64,000 nt of DNA from an uncultured bacterium (GTDB lineage Bacteria; Acidobacteriota; Thermoanaerobaculia; Multivoradales; JAHZIX01), in the NCBI GenBank assembly GCA_965368975.1, contig CBDUPA010000010.1, positions 32,001 through 96,000 on the forward strand. Direction: 5' to 3'. Below the pieces are notes generated by a model. That model made no database searches and was not told where the DNA came from. It saw nothing but the letters and a program-made list of their open reading frames with translations. A program made the position numbers and the translations under genes. This document shows positions 41,183 to 51,186 of the stretch, piece by piece. Positions within the stretch are counted from its first letter, which is position 1, and each line of letters opens with the position of its first letter.

Positions 41183-41707
41183 TCAGTCCAAGGAAAGAAC
41201 CGAAGGCCGCTCGGCGGTCCCTTCCAAACTGCCCTCGGTCACCAATTGGTCAGCACGCGCCACGATGCGCGCCAGATCGTCAGAGGTCAACTCTGCCTCG
41301 GGGAAGTCCTCGGGCCGCAAGACACGCCGCGCTTCGGTCGCGGTTGCAGGCACCGACGCCACTTCTGGCTCGACCGGCTCGGCAAGCTGCGCCAGAGCCG
41401 CGATCGTCGGGTGCTCGAAGAGCTGACGCGAGGTCAGCGCCAAGCCCTGCTGGTGCGCCTTGGCCACGATCCGCACGCTCAGGATCGAGTCCCCACCGAG
41501 GTCGAAGAAGTTATCGTGAATCCCCACGCGCTCTGCCCCGAGCACGTCCTGCCAGATAGCCGCCAAGCGTGCCTCTTCTGGCGTCCTCGGTTCCGCTGAC
41601 TCAACCTCCAACCACGAGAGATCCATGCTCTCGTCCTGCAAGCACAAGGCCAGCAGCTTGCGCTTGGCTGGCGAGAGGCCGTCGATGCGATGCAGGAGTC
41701 CGTCCAT
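41183..41707 (-). CDS. Stand-alone peptidyl carrier protein with NRPS docking-like termini
   Basis: PRTPEEARLAAIWQDVLG..RVGIHDNFFDLGGDSILS...LFEHPTIAALA is a PP-binding domain. N-terminal LSPAKRKLL and C-terminal PEDFPEAELTSDDL flank it. RBS AAAGGTGA. Confidence 0.85.
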   Translation of the reverse strand: MDGLLHRIDGLSPAKRKLLALCLQDESMDLSWLEVESAEPRTPEEARLAAIWQDVLGAERVGIHDNFFDLGGDSILSVRIVAKAHQQGLALTSRQLFEHPTIAALAQLAEPVEPEVASVPATATEARRVLRPEDFPEAELTSDDLARIVARADQLVTEGSLEGTAERPSVLSLD

Positions 41708-42153
41708 GATGTCACCTTTCATCAGATCACATAGAGTGCTGGTATCTATCCATCCATCCATCCCACCGGCGGAGCTGCACGCTCCGGCAAGGGCCGGCGT
41801 CAATGGGAAGTTCAACTCCACCCGGCATGCTGTTCATTTGATTGTAGAAGCTGCGGTGCGCCTGTCGACCGAACTGACTGGCGTGTGCCCGCTTCTGTTG
41901 ATTAACACTGTCCGCAAGGCAGTAAACCGGGACAACAATCTACACGAAGTACTTCGCGAAAGCCCACGGTAAACGCACTTCAAGCAAAATATCAGTGGAG
42001 CAGGCTCAAATAGAACACGGAAAGGCGCCTAGCCCCCAGGGAGTGAGTATGCTACACTCACAAAGCATGGTACCTGAGCTGTACCAGCTAAGAAACTCGG
42101 AAAGCGGGTCTCTCACAGGAAATTCGAACCAGACCCGGAAGGAAGGACACAGA

Positions 42154-44838
42154 ATGCACCCCGAAGATCACGACTCCAAACTGCTCTCTTCCGCCGACGA
42201 CAACACCAACGACAACGACAACACAGCGGCCGAAAGCACTGCAGAGACTGCTATCGAAGAGCCAAGCACCGCTGCTCCGATCCACGCAACCATGACCCTG
42301 CCAGTGCTTCCGATGCGCCAGAGCGTGCTCTTCCCGCACGCCACCTCGCCGACCGCGGTCGGCCGAGCCGGCAGCTTGCGAGCGGTCGAGAAGGCACTCA
42401 AGACTTCAGAGAAGCTGATCTTCGTCGTCAGCCAGCGCCAACCCTCGGAGCAGGTCGCGCCGGAAGACCTCTACACCATAGGCACAGTGGCCCGCATCGA
42501 CCAGATCCAGCGCGGCTTGGCTGGCGTGCAGTTACTGCTGCGCGGCCTGCACCGCGGTATCGCGGTCCGCATCCGCAAGGAGGGCGATCAGCTCGAAGCC
42601 GTCCTGCGCCCGGCCGAGGAAATGCAACCGCTCGACGCCCAGGACTCAACCTACCTGGCCCTCACGCGCGAGCTGCAGCAGCGCGCCGCGGAGCTGGGCC
42701 AGAAGTCCGGTCTGCCACGCGAAGCAGTGCAACAGGTGCTCTCCGGGCTCCAGGAGCCCGGCCCCCTGAGCGACGTCATCGCCGGGTACCTGGACATCTC
42801 GACCAGCGAAGCCCAGGAACTGCTCGAGACCCTGTCGATCGAGGAGCGCATGCGGCGCGTGCTCGTCCACGTGCAGCGGCAGATCGCCGTCCTCAGCGCC
42901 CAGGAAGAGATCAAGGACAAGGTGCAGGCTGAACTGGGCGATCGCCAGCGCGAAATCGTCCTGCGCGAGCAGATGAAGGCGATCCAGAAGGAACTCGGCG
43001 GCGAGGACGACGGCGAAGACCTAGAAGAACTGCGCGTCAAGCTCGACGAACTGGATCTCTCCGACGAAGTGCGCAAAGAGGTCGACCGCGAGTTCCGCCG
43101 GTTGTCGCGCCTGGGCCGCGAATCGATGGAATCACAGGTAGTGCGCAACTACCTCGAGACCATCACCGAGCTTCCCTGGTCCGAGCGTAGCGACGAACAG
43201 CTCGACCTGCAGCACGCTCAGGACGTCCTGGACCGCGATCACTACGGCCTCGAGGAGGTCAAGGATCGCGTCCTCGAGTTCCTCGCCGTCCACCAGTTGC
43301 GCCAACGCCGTGAAGAAGCCGCACACGCAGAAGAATCGGCGCAAGCGGAGAAGACAGCACAGGCGGAGAAGGCAGTGCCGACGGACACACAAGCCACCGA
43401 CACCCAAACCTCCCCCAACCTGCGAGCCAGCAAGCGCAGTCCGATCCTGCTGTTCGCTGGCCCTCCCGGCGTCGGCAAGACGTCAGTGGCACGCTCGATC
43501 GCCGACGCCATGAGCCGCAAGTACGTGCGTATCTCGCTGGGCGGCGCCCGCGACGAAGCGGACATCCGCGGTCATCGTCGCACCTACGTCGGCGCCATGC
43601 CGGGACGCATCATCCAGGGCATGAAGCAGGCCGGCACTCGCAACCCCGTCTTCCTGCTGGACGAGATCGACAAGCTCGGCGCCTCCTTCCACGGCGACCC
43701 CTCGGCCGCCCTGCTCGAGGTGCTCGACCCGGCACAGAACAACGCCTTCGTCGACCACTATCTGGGCGTCCCCTTCGACCTTAGCGAGGTCATGTTCATC
43801 GCTACCGCCAACGTCCTCCAGAGCATTCCGGCGCCGCTGCTCGACCGCATGGAAGTGGTCGACTTCAGCGGCTACACGGAAGCCGAGAAATTGGCCATCG
43901 CCCGCCAGTACCTGCTACCACGGCAGCTCGAAGAAAACGGCCTGGACGCACAGCAGCTGACGGTCGACGACAGCGGCCTGGGCCAGATCATCACGTCCTA
44001 CACGCGCGAGGCTGGCGTCCGGCAGCTCGAGCGTCAGCTCGGCAAGCTGTGCCGCAAGGTGGCGCGCAAGGTAGCCGGCAGCGGTACGCAGACCGACAGC
44101 GAGACAGACGCGAGCCCGCAGACCTTCACCATTGGCGGCGACAACGTCACCGACCTGCTCGGCCGCCCGCGGATCTACCCGGAGCAAGCGGCGCGCAAGG
44201 ACCAGGTGGGCGTCGCCACGGGCATGTACTACACCGCCGCTGGTGGCGACATCATTTTTGTCGAGGCCACCGCGATGCCCGGCAAAGGACGCCTGCGGCT
44301 CACCGGCCAGCTCGGAGAGGTGATGCAGGAGTCCGGTCACGCAGCCTGGGCCTATGCGCGAACTCACGCCGATGCCCTGCACATCGACCATGACGACCTG
44401 GCCAACATCGATGTGCACATCCACTGCCCAGCGGGCGCCGTGCCCAAGGACGGACCGTCGGCCGGCGTCGCCATGGCCAGCGCCCTGATCTCCCGGCTGT
44501 CCGGGCGCGCTGCGCGTCATGACGTCGCCATGACCGGCGAGATCACCCTCACCGGCCGCGTGCTGCCGATCGGCGGCGTCAAGGAGAAGGTACTCGGCGG
44601 CGTGCGCGCCGGCATCCACACCTTCCTGCTCCCCAAAGCCAATGGGCCAGACCTGGAAGATCTGCCCGAAGACGTGCGCGCCAAGGTCCGGATTCACTTG
44701 GTCGAGCACCTGGGCGAAGCGCTGGCCATCACGCTGCGCGACGCCAGTTACCGCGAAGGTCGCCTGCTGTTCGACAACGAACGACCGGAAGATGTGGTCC
44801 CCCTGGTGCCCTCGATCCCGTCGCAGCTGTCACACTGA
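42154..44838 (+). CDS. lon: ATP-dependent protease La (Lon)
   Basis: Lon N domain (LPVLPMR..VLFP), DHYGLEEVKDRVLE, GPPGVGKTS, RGHRRTYVGAMPGR, PKDGPSAG and IGGVKEK. Confidence 0.97.
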   Translation: MHPEDHDSKLLSSADDNTNDNDNTAAESTAETAIEEPSTAAPIHATMTLPVLPMRQSVLFPHATSPTAVGRAGSLRAVEKALKTSEKLIFVVSQRQPSEQVAPEDLYTIGTVARIDQIQRGLAGVQLLLRGLHRGIAVRIRKEGDQLEAVLRPAEEMQPLDAQDSTYLALTRELQQRAAELGQKSGLPREAVQQVLSGLQEPGPLSDVIAGYLDISTSEAQELLETLSIEERMRRVLVHVQRQIAVLSAQEEIKDKVQAELGDRQREIVLREQMKAIQKELGGEDDGEDLEELRVKLDELDLSDEVRKEVDREFRRLSRLGRESMESQVVRNYLETITELPWSERSDEQLDLQHAQDVLDRDHYGLEEVKDRVLEFLAVHQLRQRREEAAHAEESAQAEKTAQAEKAVPTDTQATDTQTSPNLRASKRSPILLFAGPPGVGKTSVARSIADAMSRKYVRISLGGARDEADIRGHRRTYVGAMPGRIIQGMKQAGTRNPVFLLDEIDKLGASFHGDPSAALLEVLDPAQNNAFVDHYLGVPFDLSEVMFIATANVLQSIPAPLLDRMEVVDFSGYTEAEKLAIARQYLLPRQLEENGLDAQQLTVDDSGLGQIITSYTREAGVRQLERQLGKLCRKVARKVAGSGTQTDSETDASPQTFTIGGDNVTDLLGRPRIYPEQAARKDQVGVATGMYYTAAGGDIIFVEATAMPGKGRLRLTGQLGEVMQESGHAAWAYARTHADALHIDHDDLANIDVHIHCPAGAVPKDGPSAGVAMASALISRLSGRAARHDVAMTGEITLTGRVLPIGGVKEKVLGGVRAGIHTFLLPKANGPDLEDLPEDVRAKVRIHLVEHLGEALAITLRDASYREGRLLFDNERPEDVVPLVPSIPSQLSH

Positions 44839-44916
44839 GACCCAAGCGGCACAACTTGAACTGACGGGCACGGGCGAGGAGCCCGATCACGGGCTCCATC
44901 TGCAGCGTCAACACTG

Positions 44917-47900
44917 ATGCTGTACACTGGGGCGCCTAGAGATCGGACTTCTATGCCCTGCCCTTTATACTGGTTGTGCCGCTCCCCATCGCGCTTCGCG
45001 TTCTTGGGTTTCCTCCTGCTGCTGCTGGCCTCACCCACAGCTGCCTTGGAACCCGACCGCCAGGTCACGCAGTACATCCACGACACCTGGCCCGTCACCG
45101 CGGATCTACACAGCGCCGGCCCGATCGAGATTCGCGCGTTGGCCCAGACAGGGGACGGCTTCCTGTGGCTGGGCACCTCGGCCGGCTTGGTCCAGTTCGA
45201 CGGTGTCCGGTTCCAGAGCGTCGACTTCGAGGACGTGCGCTTCGAGCGAACCGCCGAGGGCCACCCAGACGCCTGGGAAATCTATAGCCTGCTCACCGAC
45301 GCCCGCGGCACCCTGTGGATCGGGCATCAGCTCGGCCTGGCCTCACTGACCCCCGACGACCCCAGCCGGCAGCCGCAACGCCACCGCATCCCGAGTCGGC
45401 AGGTGCTGAGTCTGACGCAAAGCGGCCCGGACAGCCTGTGGCTGGGGACACGGCGCAACGGCGCCTCCAAGTACACTCCGCAGCTCGATTCCCTCCGCGA
45501 ATCGGCGGCAGGCGACCACTCGAGCGCCGCCGAGGGCGTGCTGGAACATAGCCTCCTGGAGCCCGTCAGCGTGCCAGCATTGGTCGAGGATCCACGGCGC
45601 CAGCGCCTGTGGCTCGGTACGACCAACGGCCTGACGGAGATCGACTGGAGCCAGCCTGAACCGTCGGTCGTCCGCACCTGGGGCCTCGACGACGGCCTGA
45701 CCACCCCGCAGGTTCAAGCACTCTGCCGTGGCGCCGACGGCAGCTTGTGGATCGGCACACGAACCGGACTGCACCGCCTGCTGCGCGAGAACCTGGAACC
45801 GATCCCCGAATTCGCCGGCACCAGCGTCACGGCAATGTATCGTGACCGCAGCAACGACCTGTGGGTCGGTACCGAGGACCAGGGCGTGTGGCTACTGCGT
45901 ACCGGCACTTGGCAGCAGTTGCCGCTCCCGAGCCGTCTCGATCCAACCACCTCCCCCCGCGTCTCCAGCTTCCTCCAGGACAGCGACGGCAGCCTGTGGA
46001 TCGGCACCGCGGACGCCCAACTGCACCAACTCAAGGACGGCCAGTACCGCAGTTTCGGACCAAGCGAAGGCATGAGCACTATCGGCGCTCGCCACGTCGC
46101 CGAGGACCGCACCAGTGGTGACATCTGGGTGACCACCAATGATGCTCGCCTCAATCTCATCCGGCGACAAAAGGTAGTGCCACTGCCACCGCCTCTGAAG
46201 CGTGCGCTGGAAGACCCGAACAATAACCAGCAGCTGAGCGCACTCTACCAAGCGCCTGACGGACCTCTGTGGATGGGTACACGCGATGGCGTCCTGTGGC
46301 GCTACGAGAACGGTGACCTGACCTCGATCCAGCTCCCTAGCACGGCCTATGGCGAGAAGGCCTGGGCACACACCATCGCACAAGACGCTGACGGCAACCT
46401 CTGGGTCGGCACGCTGCAGGACGGCCTCTTCAGGCTACGCCCGGATGGAACCGGTCATCAGCACTTCACCATCGCCAATACCGAGCACCTACCGCACAAC
46501 ACCATCCGCGTGTTGTTCCTGGACTTCTACCGACGGCTCTGGATCACCACCCTCGACGGTGTCACCTACTATCGTGACGGCCGCTTCGCCAGTCCCAACG
46601 ATCCTCTGCTCGAGCGCCTGCCTCGATTCGTCCACTCCTTCTATGAAGACAGCCAGCACACCCTCTGGATGGGCACCGAGGGTGGCCTCTACTGGCTCCA
46701 CCAGGGCCAGGTCGACTATCTCGATTACAGCCGCGGCCTGTACAACGACATCATCTACGCCATCGCGGCCGACGAGTATGGCCAACTCTGGTTCGGAACC
46801 CAAGCCGGAATCTTTTACATCCAGCAACCTGAGCTCAAGGCCTTGATGAACGGGGAGCAGCAGACCGTCACCTCGATCCCGCTGGCCAACCAGCAAGAAA
46901 TCGAGTGCTATGGCCCCCGTCCCAACATCGGTACCGCGGCACGCGACGGATCGATTTACTTCGCCACCACCAGTTCCCTGGTGCAGATCGATCCAGCCAA
47001 AGTTTCGCCGCCGGCACCACCGCCGATCATCATCGAGTCGATCATCGCCGACGGCGAGGAGCTCCCCCACCAGGAGACCATCCTCCTGTACGCCGGCGTG
47101 CGCAAGCTGGAGATCTTCTTCACCTCTCCTTACCTCAAAGAGCCCGGCCGACTGATCTTCAGCTACAGGATGCAAGGACTGCCACAAGGCGCGACCATCG
47201 CCACCGAACGCAAGGCAGTCTTCACCAACCTGACTCCCGGAGACTACCGCTTCGACGTCTGGGCCGAGCAACTCGACGGCGCCGACACCCCTATCACCTC
47301 GTGGCGGCTGCGCATCGAACCACCCTACTACCAGCGCCCGCCGGTGCAGGCCCTGGCTCTGCTGCTGCTACTGGTTGTCGGCCGCGGCATCTACCGCCTG
47401 CGTCTACAGCAGCTGCTGAGCCGCAACCAGGACCTCGAAGACACGATCGCCGAGCGCACCGCCGAGGTCATCGAGCAACGCGAACAACTGCGCCTGCACA
47501 ACCGGCAACTGGCACACGCCAACCAAGAACTGCAGCACGCCAACGAGCAGCTACAAGACCTCAACCGGCAGAAGGCGGACTTCTTGGCCATCGCTGCCCA
47601 CGACCTGCGCACACCCCTGGTCAACCTCAAAGGCTTCGCCAGCGAGACAGGCCTGCTGCTCGGACGACTTTTCGAGGTCGCCGCACCGGTTCTCGAAGAG
47701 CACGCGCCACACAGCCGCGAGCAGCTGCAAGAACTCCTGCACGAGGAGGCGCGAGAATCGCTCGAGTACATCCACAGCTCGACCGACCGCATGGACGCAT
47801 TGATCAAGGGCATCCTGATGCTGTCGCGCCTCGGGCGGCGCCAGCTGCAACTGGAGAGTGTCGACCTGCAGGAGCTGGCACGCCAGGTCCTGGGCAATCT

Positions 47901-48321
47901 GAGCTACGAGGTCGTGCGCAAGAAAGTGCGCGTCAACGTCGGCTCGCTGCCCAGCGTGACCGCCGATCTGTCCGCGATGGAACAGACGCTGGAAAACTTG
48001 CTGCGCAACGCTGTCAGCTATCTCGACCCGAGCCGTACCGGCGAGGTCGACATCCGCTCCGAACGGCACGCCGACGAAGTACGCGTCCACATCCGTGACA
48101 ATGGCCGCGGTATCGCCCCCAACCAACGCGACAAGGTATTCAAGATCTTTGGCCGCGCGGGGCGCAACGACGACGTGCCCGGTGAAGGCATCGGCCTCGC
48201 CTCTGTGCGCACCCTGATCGAACGTCACGGCGGGCGGATCTGGTTCGAGTCCGAGGTCGGAGTCGGTACCACCTTCACCTTCAGCCTCCCCGATCCCCCC
48301 GTCCGTGCGGTGACGAGCTGA
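44917..48321 (+). CDS. Sensor histidine kinase with Reg_prop beta-propeller and Y_Y_Y-like periplasmic region
   Basis: Repeated D.DG.LW.GT blades, FTNLTPGDYRF, a TM helix and coiled coil, AAHDLRTPL, NAVSY, DNGRGI and GEGIGL. Alternative start at 44953. Confidence 0.92.
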   Translation: MLYTGAPRDRTSMPCPLYWLCRSPSRFAFLGFLLLLLASPTAALEPDRQVTQYIHDTWPVTADLHSAGPIEIRALAQTGDGFLWLGTSAGLVQFDGVRFQSVDFEDVRFERTAEGHPDAWEIYSLLTDARGTLWIGHQLGLASLTPDDPSRQPQRHRIPSRQVLSLTQSGPDSLWLGTRRNGASKYTPQLDSLRESAAGDHSSAAEGVLEHSLLEPVSVPALVEDPRRQRLWLGTTNGLTEIDWSQPEPSVVRTWGLDDGLTTPQVQALCRGADGSLWIGTRTGLHRLLRENLEPIPEFAGTSVTAMYRDRSNDLWVGTEDQGVWLLRTGTWQQLPLPSRLDPTTSPRVSSFLQDSDGSLWIGTADAQLHQLKDGQYRSFGPSEGMSTIGARHVAEDRTSGDIWVTTNDARLNLIRRQKVVPLPPPLKRALEDPNNNQQLSALYQAPDGPLWMGTRDGVLWRYENGDLTSIQLPSTAYGEKAWAHTIAQDADGNLWVGTLQDGLFRLRPDGTGHQHFTIANTEHLPHNTIRVLFLDFYRRLWITTLDGVTYYRDGRFASPNDPLLERLPRFVHSFYEDSQHTLWMGTEGGLYWLHQGQVDYLDYSRGLYNDIIYAIAADEYGQLWFGTQAGIFYIQQPELKALMNGEQQTVTSIPLANQQEIECYGPRPNIGTAARDGSIYFATTSSLVQIDPAKVSPPAPPPIIIESIIADGEELPHQETILLYAGVRKLEIFFTSPYLKEPGRLIFSYRMQGLPQGATIATERKAVFTNLTPGDYRFDVWAEQLDGADTPITSWRLRIEPPYYQRPPVQALALLLLLVVGRGIYRLRLQQLLSRNQDLEDTIAERTAEVIEQREQLRLHNRQLAHANQELQHANEQLQDLNRQKADFLAIAAHDLRTPLVNLKGFASETGLLLGRLFEVAAPVLEEHAPHSREQLQELLHEEARESLEYIHSSTDRMDALIKGILMLSRLGRRQLQLESVDLQELARQVLGNLSYEVVRKKVRVNVGSLPSVTADLSAMEQTLENLLRNAVSYLDPSRTGEVDIRSERHADEVRVHIRDNGRGIAPNQRDKVFKIFGRAGRNDDVPGEGIGLASVRTLIERHGGRIWFESEVGVGTTFTFSLPDPPVRAVTS

Positions 48322-50718
48322 ATGAGACACCAGAGCCGATGCCCCCTGCGCACCTTGCTGCTGCCGACTTTGGTAGTCCTGCTGACTGCCTCGGTGTCCG
48401 GTCCTCTGTGGGCCCTTGACCCCGAGACGCCGCTGAGCGAGCTCCAGATCGACACCTGGACTCCCCAGGAGGGCCTGCCCAACAGCTCTGTGCCTGCGAT
48501 CGCCCAGGACACGCCGGGGTATATGTGGATCGGTACCGAACAGGGGCTCACCCGCTTCGACGGCCTCAACTTCCACACCCTGACCACCAAAGACAGTCGC
48601 GCACTACCCAGCAACACCATTTCGGCCATCACGCCGAGTCCGGACGGCAGCCTGTGGATTGGAACCCGCTACGGTCTGGCTCTGCTGCAGCAAGGCCGCC
48701 TGCTGGCGCCGCGCAACACCATGCTGCAGACCCCAATCAACGAAATCGAGCTGGACCTCGATCAGCAGCGGCTGTGGATCGCGTCCCTCAGCGGCCTGGC
48801 GGAGTACGACACAGAGACACAGACCGTCACCCGTCGCTACGAGCGTATAGAGAAGCTGCACGAGTTGACCGGACACCAGGAGCAACGCAGCACGACGCTG
48901 GCCGTGTTGCCCGACGACGACATTCATGCCCTGCTCATGGACGACGACGGCAGCCTGTGGCTGGGAACCAACAACTCCGGCCTCTTGTTGCTGCGTGACA
49001 GCAGAATCACCATCATTCCCACCGAACCCTCGAACAATCGCCCGTTGCTGATTCTCTCCTTGCAGCGACATCCGGTCCACGGCCTGCTGGCCGGCACGGT
49101 CGGGCAGGGTGTCTGGCAGCTGCGCGACGGCAACCTGGTTCGCTTCGAGCCGACTCTCGATACGCTGCTGATCGCCTTCGAAATGCTGACCGACCGCGAC
49201 GAGAACCTGTGGATAGCGGGCTACAACCAGATTGCGCGTGTGACCCGCGAGGGTCTCGCCGAAGTCATCGCCCCCCCCGTAGGACAGGCTGTCTACGCCC
49301 TGGCCGAAGACCTGCGTGGCGACATCTGGTACGGCACGACCGAAGGCGGCCTCAGCCGCGTGCGCGACCCACGCCGACGCCAGGGCCCGAGCACCCAGGG
49401 TGCCGAAGCACCGCTACCTCGGCTGGAACAGATCCTGGTCAACCGGGCAGAGATCTCCGCGGATGCCCTCAAGAGCCCCGTGTCCGGCAACATCGACCTG
49501 GCTTTCCGCTTCAGCATCTTGGCCCTGCGCGACCAAGAACAGCTGCGTGTCGGCTGCCGCCTGCAAGGGCTCGAAGACGAATGGCGTGCCCTGGGACCTC
49601 GCCGCGGTGTCGACTACACCAACGTACCACCAGGCTCCTACACGTTCGAGATCGCCGTCCGGCGCCAGGGCGAAGACGACGAAGTGACGCTCAGCCACGC
49701 CTTCCTCATCCCACGGCCGATCTACCGGACTTGGCCCTTCTACCTCGCGCTGCTCGCTTTCGCTGCCTTCCTCAGTCGTACCTTCTACCGCTTGCGGGTA
49801 CGGCGCGTCTTGCAGCGCAAGCGGCGTCTCGAGGCCAAGGTCGAGGCTCGGAAGAACGAGATCCTGAACCAGACGAAGCGTCTGGCCGACCTGCAAGAAC
49901 AGCGCGAGCAAGCGCACCTGCAGCTGCGCCAAGCCAACCGTGAACTCAAGACCTTGAACCGTGAGAAGACCGACTTCCTGGCGATCGCCACTCACGACCT
50001 GCGCACTCCACTGCTCAACGCCAAAGGCTTCGCCGGTGAGCTGCGGGTCGCCCTCGACGAGGTGCGCGCCGTGCTGCAGCCCGCGCTGGAGAACCTGTCC
50101 GAGCGGGATCGCCAGGAGATCGAGGCGATCCTCGACCAAGAGCTGCCCGAAACCATGGGCTTCATCGACTCGGCCGCCGACAGCATGACCCGGCTGATCG
50201 ATCCCATCCTCAAGCTGTCCCGCTTCAGCCGCTGCGAGTTGACCTTCTTGGAACTCGACCTCGACACGCTGGCAAGAAGTGTCAAACTCGCCCTCGAGCC
50301 TCTACTCGAAGAATCCAAGGCGCGCTTGGTACTCGAGCCGCTACCAACCATCCAGGCGGACCCGGCGGCCTTGGAAGAAGTTCTACGCCAGATGTTGCGC
50401 AACGCCCTGCACTACCTCGACCCCCACCGTCCCGGCGAAGTCCGCGTCTACGGTGACCGCGGCAAAGACACCACGACAATTCACGTGCGCGACAATGGCG
50501 TCGGCATCTCCGCCGAGCAAGAAGCCAAGGTCTTTCGCCTCTTCGGCCGCGGCGGCCAGACCAGCGCTCCCGGTCGCGGCATGGGCCTGGCCTATGTGCG
50601 CACACTGATCCAGCGCCACGGTGGCCACGTCTGGTACGTGTCGCAGCCCAAGCGCGGTACCACCTTCAGCTTCAGCATCCCCAATCAACCCCTCAAGCCC
50701 GAAGAGCATCTCATCTAA
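48322..50718 (+). CDS. Second, shorter beta-propeller/Y_Y_Y sensor histidine kinase
   Basis: GLPNSSV.AIAQD..GYMWIGT, YTNVPPGSYTF, a TM helix, ATHDLRTPL, DNGVGI and GRGMGL. Starts immediately after the paralog's stop. Confidence 0.92.
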   Translation: MRHQSRCPLRTLLLPTLVVLLTASVSGPLWALDPETPLSELQIDTWTPQEGLPNSSVPAIAQDTPGYMWIGTEQGLTRFDGLNFHTLTTKDSRALPSNTISAITPSPDGSLWIGTRYGLALLQQGRLLAPRNTMLQTPINEIELDLDQQRLWIASLSGLAEYDTETQTVTRRYERIEKLHELTGHQEQRSTTLAVLPDDDIHALLMDDDGSLWLGTNNSGLLLLRDSRITIIPTEPSNNRPLLILSLQRHPVHGLLAGTVGQGVWQLRDGNLVRFEPTLDTLLIAFEMLTDRDENLWIAGYNQIARVTREGLAEVIAPPVGQAVYALAEDLRGDIWYGTTEGGLSRVRDPRRRQGPSTQGAEAPLPRLEQILVNRAEISADALKSPVSGNIDLAFRFSILALRDQEQLRVGCRLQGLEDEWRALGPRRGVDYTNVPPGSYTFEIAVRRQGEDDEVTLSHAFLIPRPIYRTWPFYLALLAFAAFLSRTFYRLRVRRVLQRKRRLEAKVEARKNEILNQTKRLADLQEQREQAHLQLRQANRELKTLNREKTDFLAIATHDLRTPLLNAKGFAGELRVALDEVRAVLQPALENLSERDRQEIEAILDQELPETMGFIDSAADSMTRLIDPILKLSRFSRCELTFLELDLDTLARSVKLALEPLLEESKARLVLEPLPTIQADPAALEEVLRQMLRNALHYLDPHRPGEVRVYGDRGKDTTTIHVRDNGVGISAEQEAKVFRLFGRGGQTSAPGRGMGLAYVRTLIQRHGGHVWYVSQPKRGTTFSFSIPNQPLKPEEHLI

Positions 50719-51048
50719 ACCTGATCCGCTCGATCAAAAAAATAGACACAACACTTTACCGCAAGCGGCTAGTACTCATCCGGCAAACCGCAATCCGACC
50801 TTCCCGCCCGCCACCCTCCTCGCTTCATGGCCAAAAAATTACCCCACCTAATACTTAAGAATAAAACCTGCTTCAAACTTATATATAATTTTACACATGA
50901 ATAATCAGCCTGCTGAAGGCATATATATATCATGGCTCTTGGCAAGCCAGGGCGTATTGAAATAAACCGGCTTCCGTGCCCCTCTAATCTCTTTCAACAG
51001 ATCAATCCGCCCATCACGCCAGAACTGAAGGAAAATCCCAAAAAATCC

Positions 51049-51078
51049 TTGACATCAATAAATGAGGCGAAGGATAAT
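51049..51078 (+). promoter_or_regulatory. Sigma70-type promoter of the borosin locus
   Basis: TTGACA (51049-51054), 18 nt, GATAAT (51073-51078), with A-tracts just upstream in an AT-rich intergenic region. Confidence 0.65.
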
Positions 51079-51186
51079 CACGTATTGGCCACGGAGGAGG
51101 GACCTGGCCCAGACGCAATTCGGGGACCTAGTTCATCAAACCGCTGTCGATCTTGAGGAGGATCGACACACAGAGGAGGTGTACCC

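Noticed and set aside
50780-51135. Possible c-di-GMP-I riboswitch (GGCAAACC and GACGCAA fragments) upstream of the borosin precursor
   Set aside because: The two fragments are over 300 nt apart and lack the intervening GNRA-capped stem. An Rfam/Infernal scan would be needed to overturn this.
50932-51156. 74-aa ORF as a second borosin precursor
   Set aside because: It has no RBS and no BBD-like pattern, and it overlaps the predicted promoter and 5' leader.
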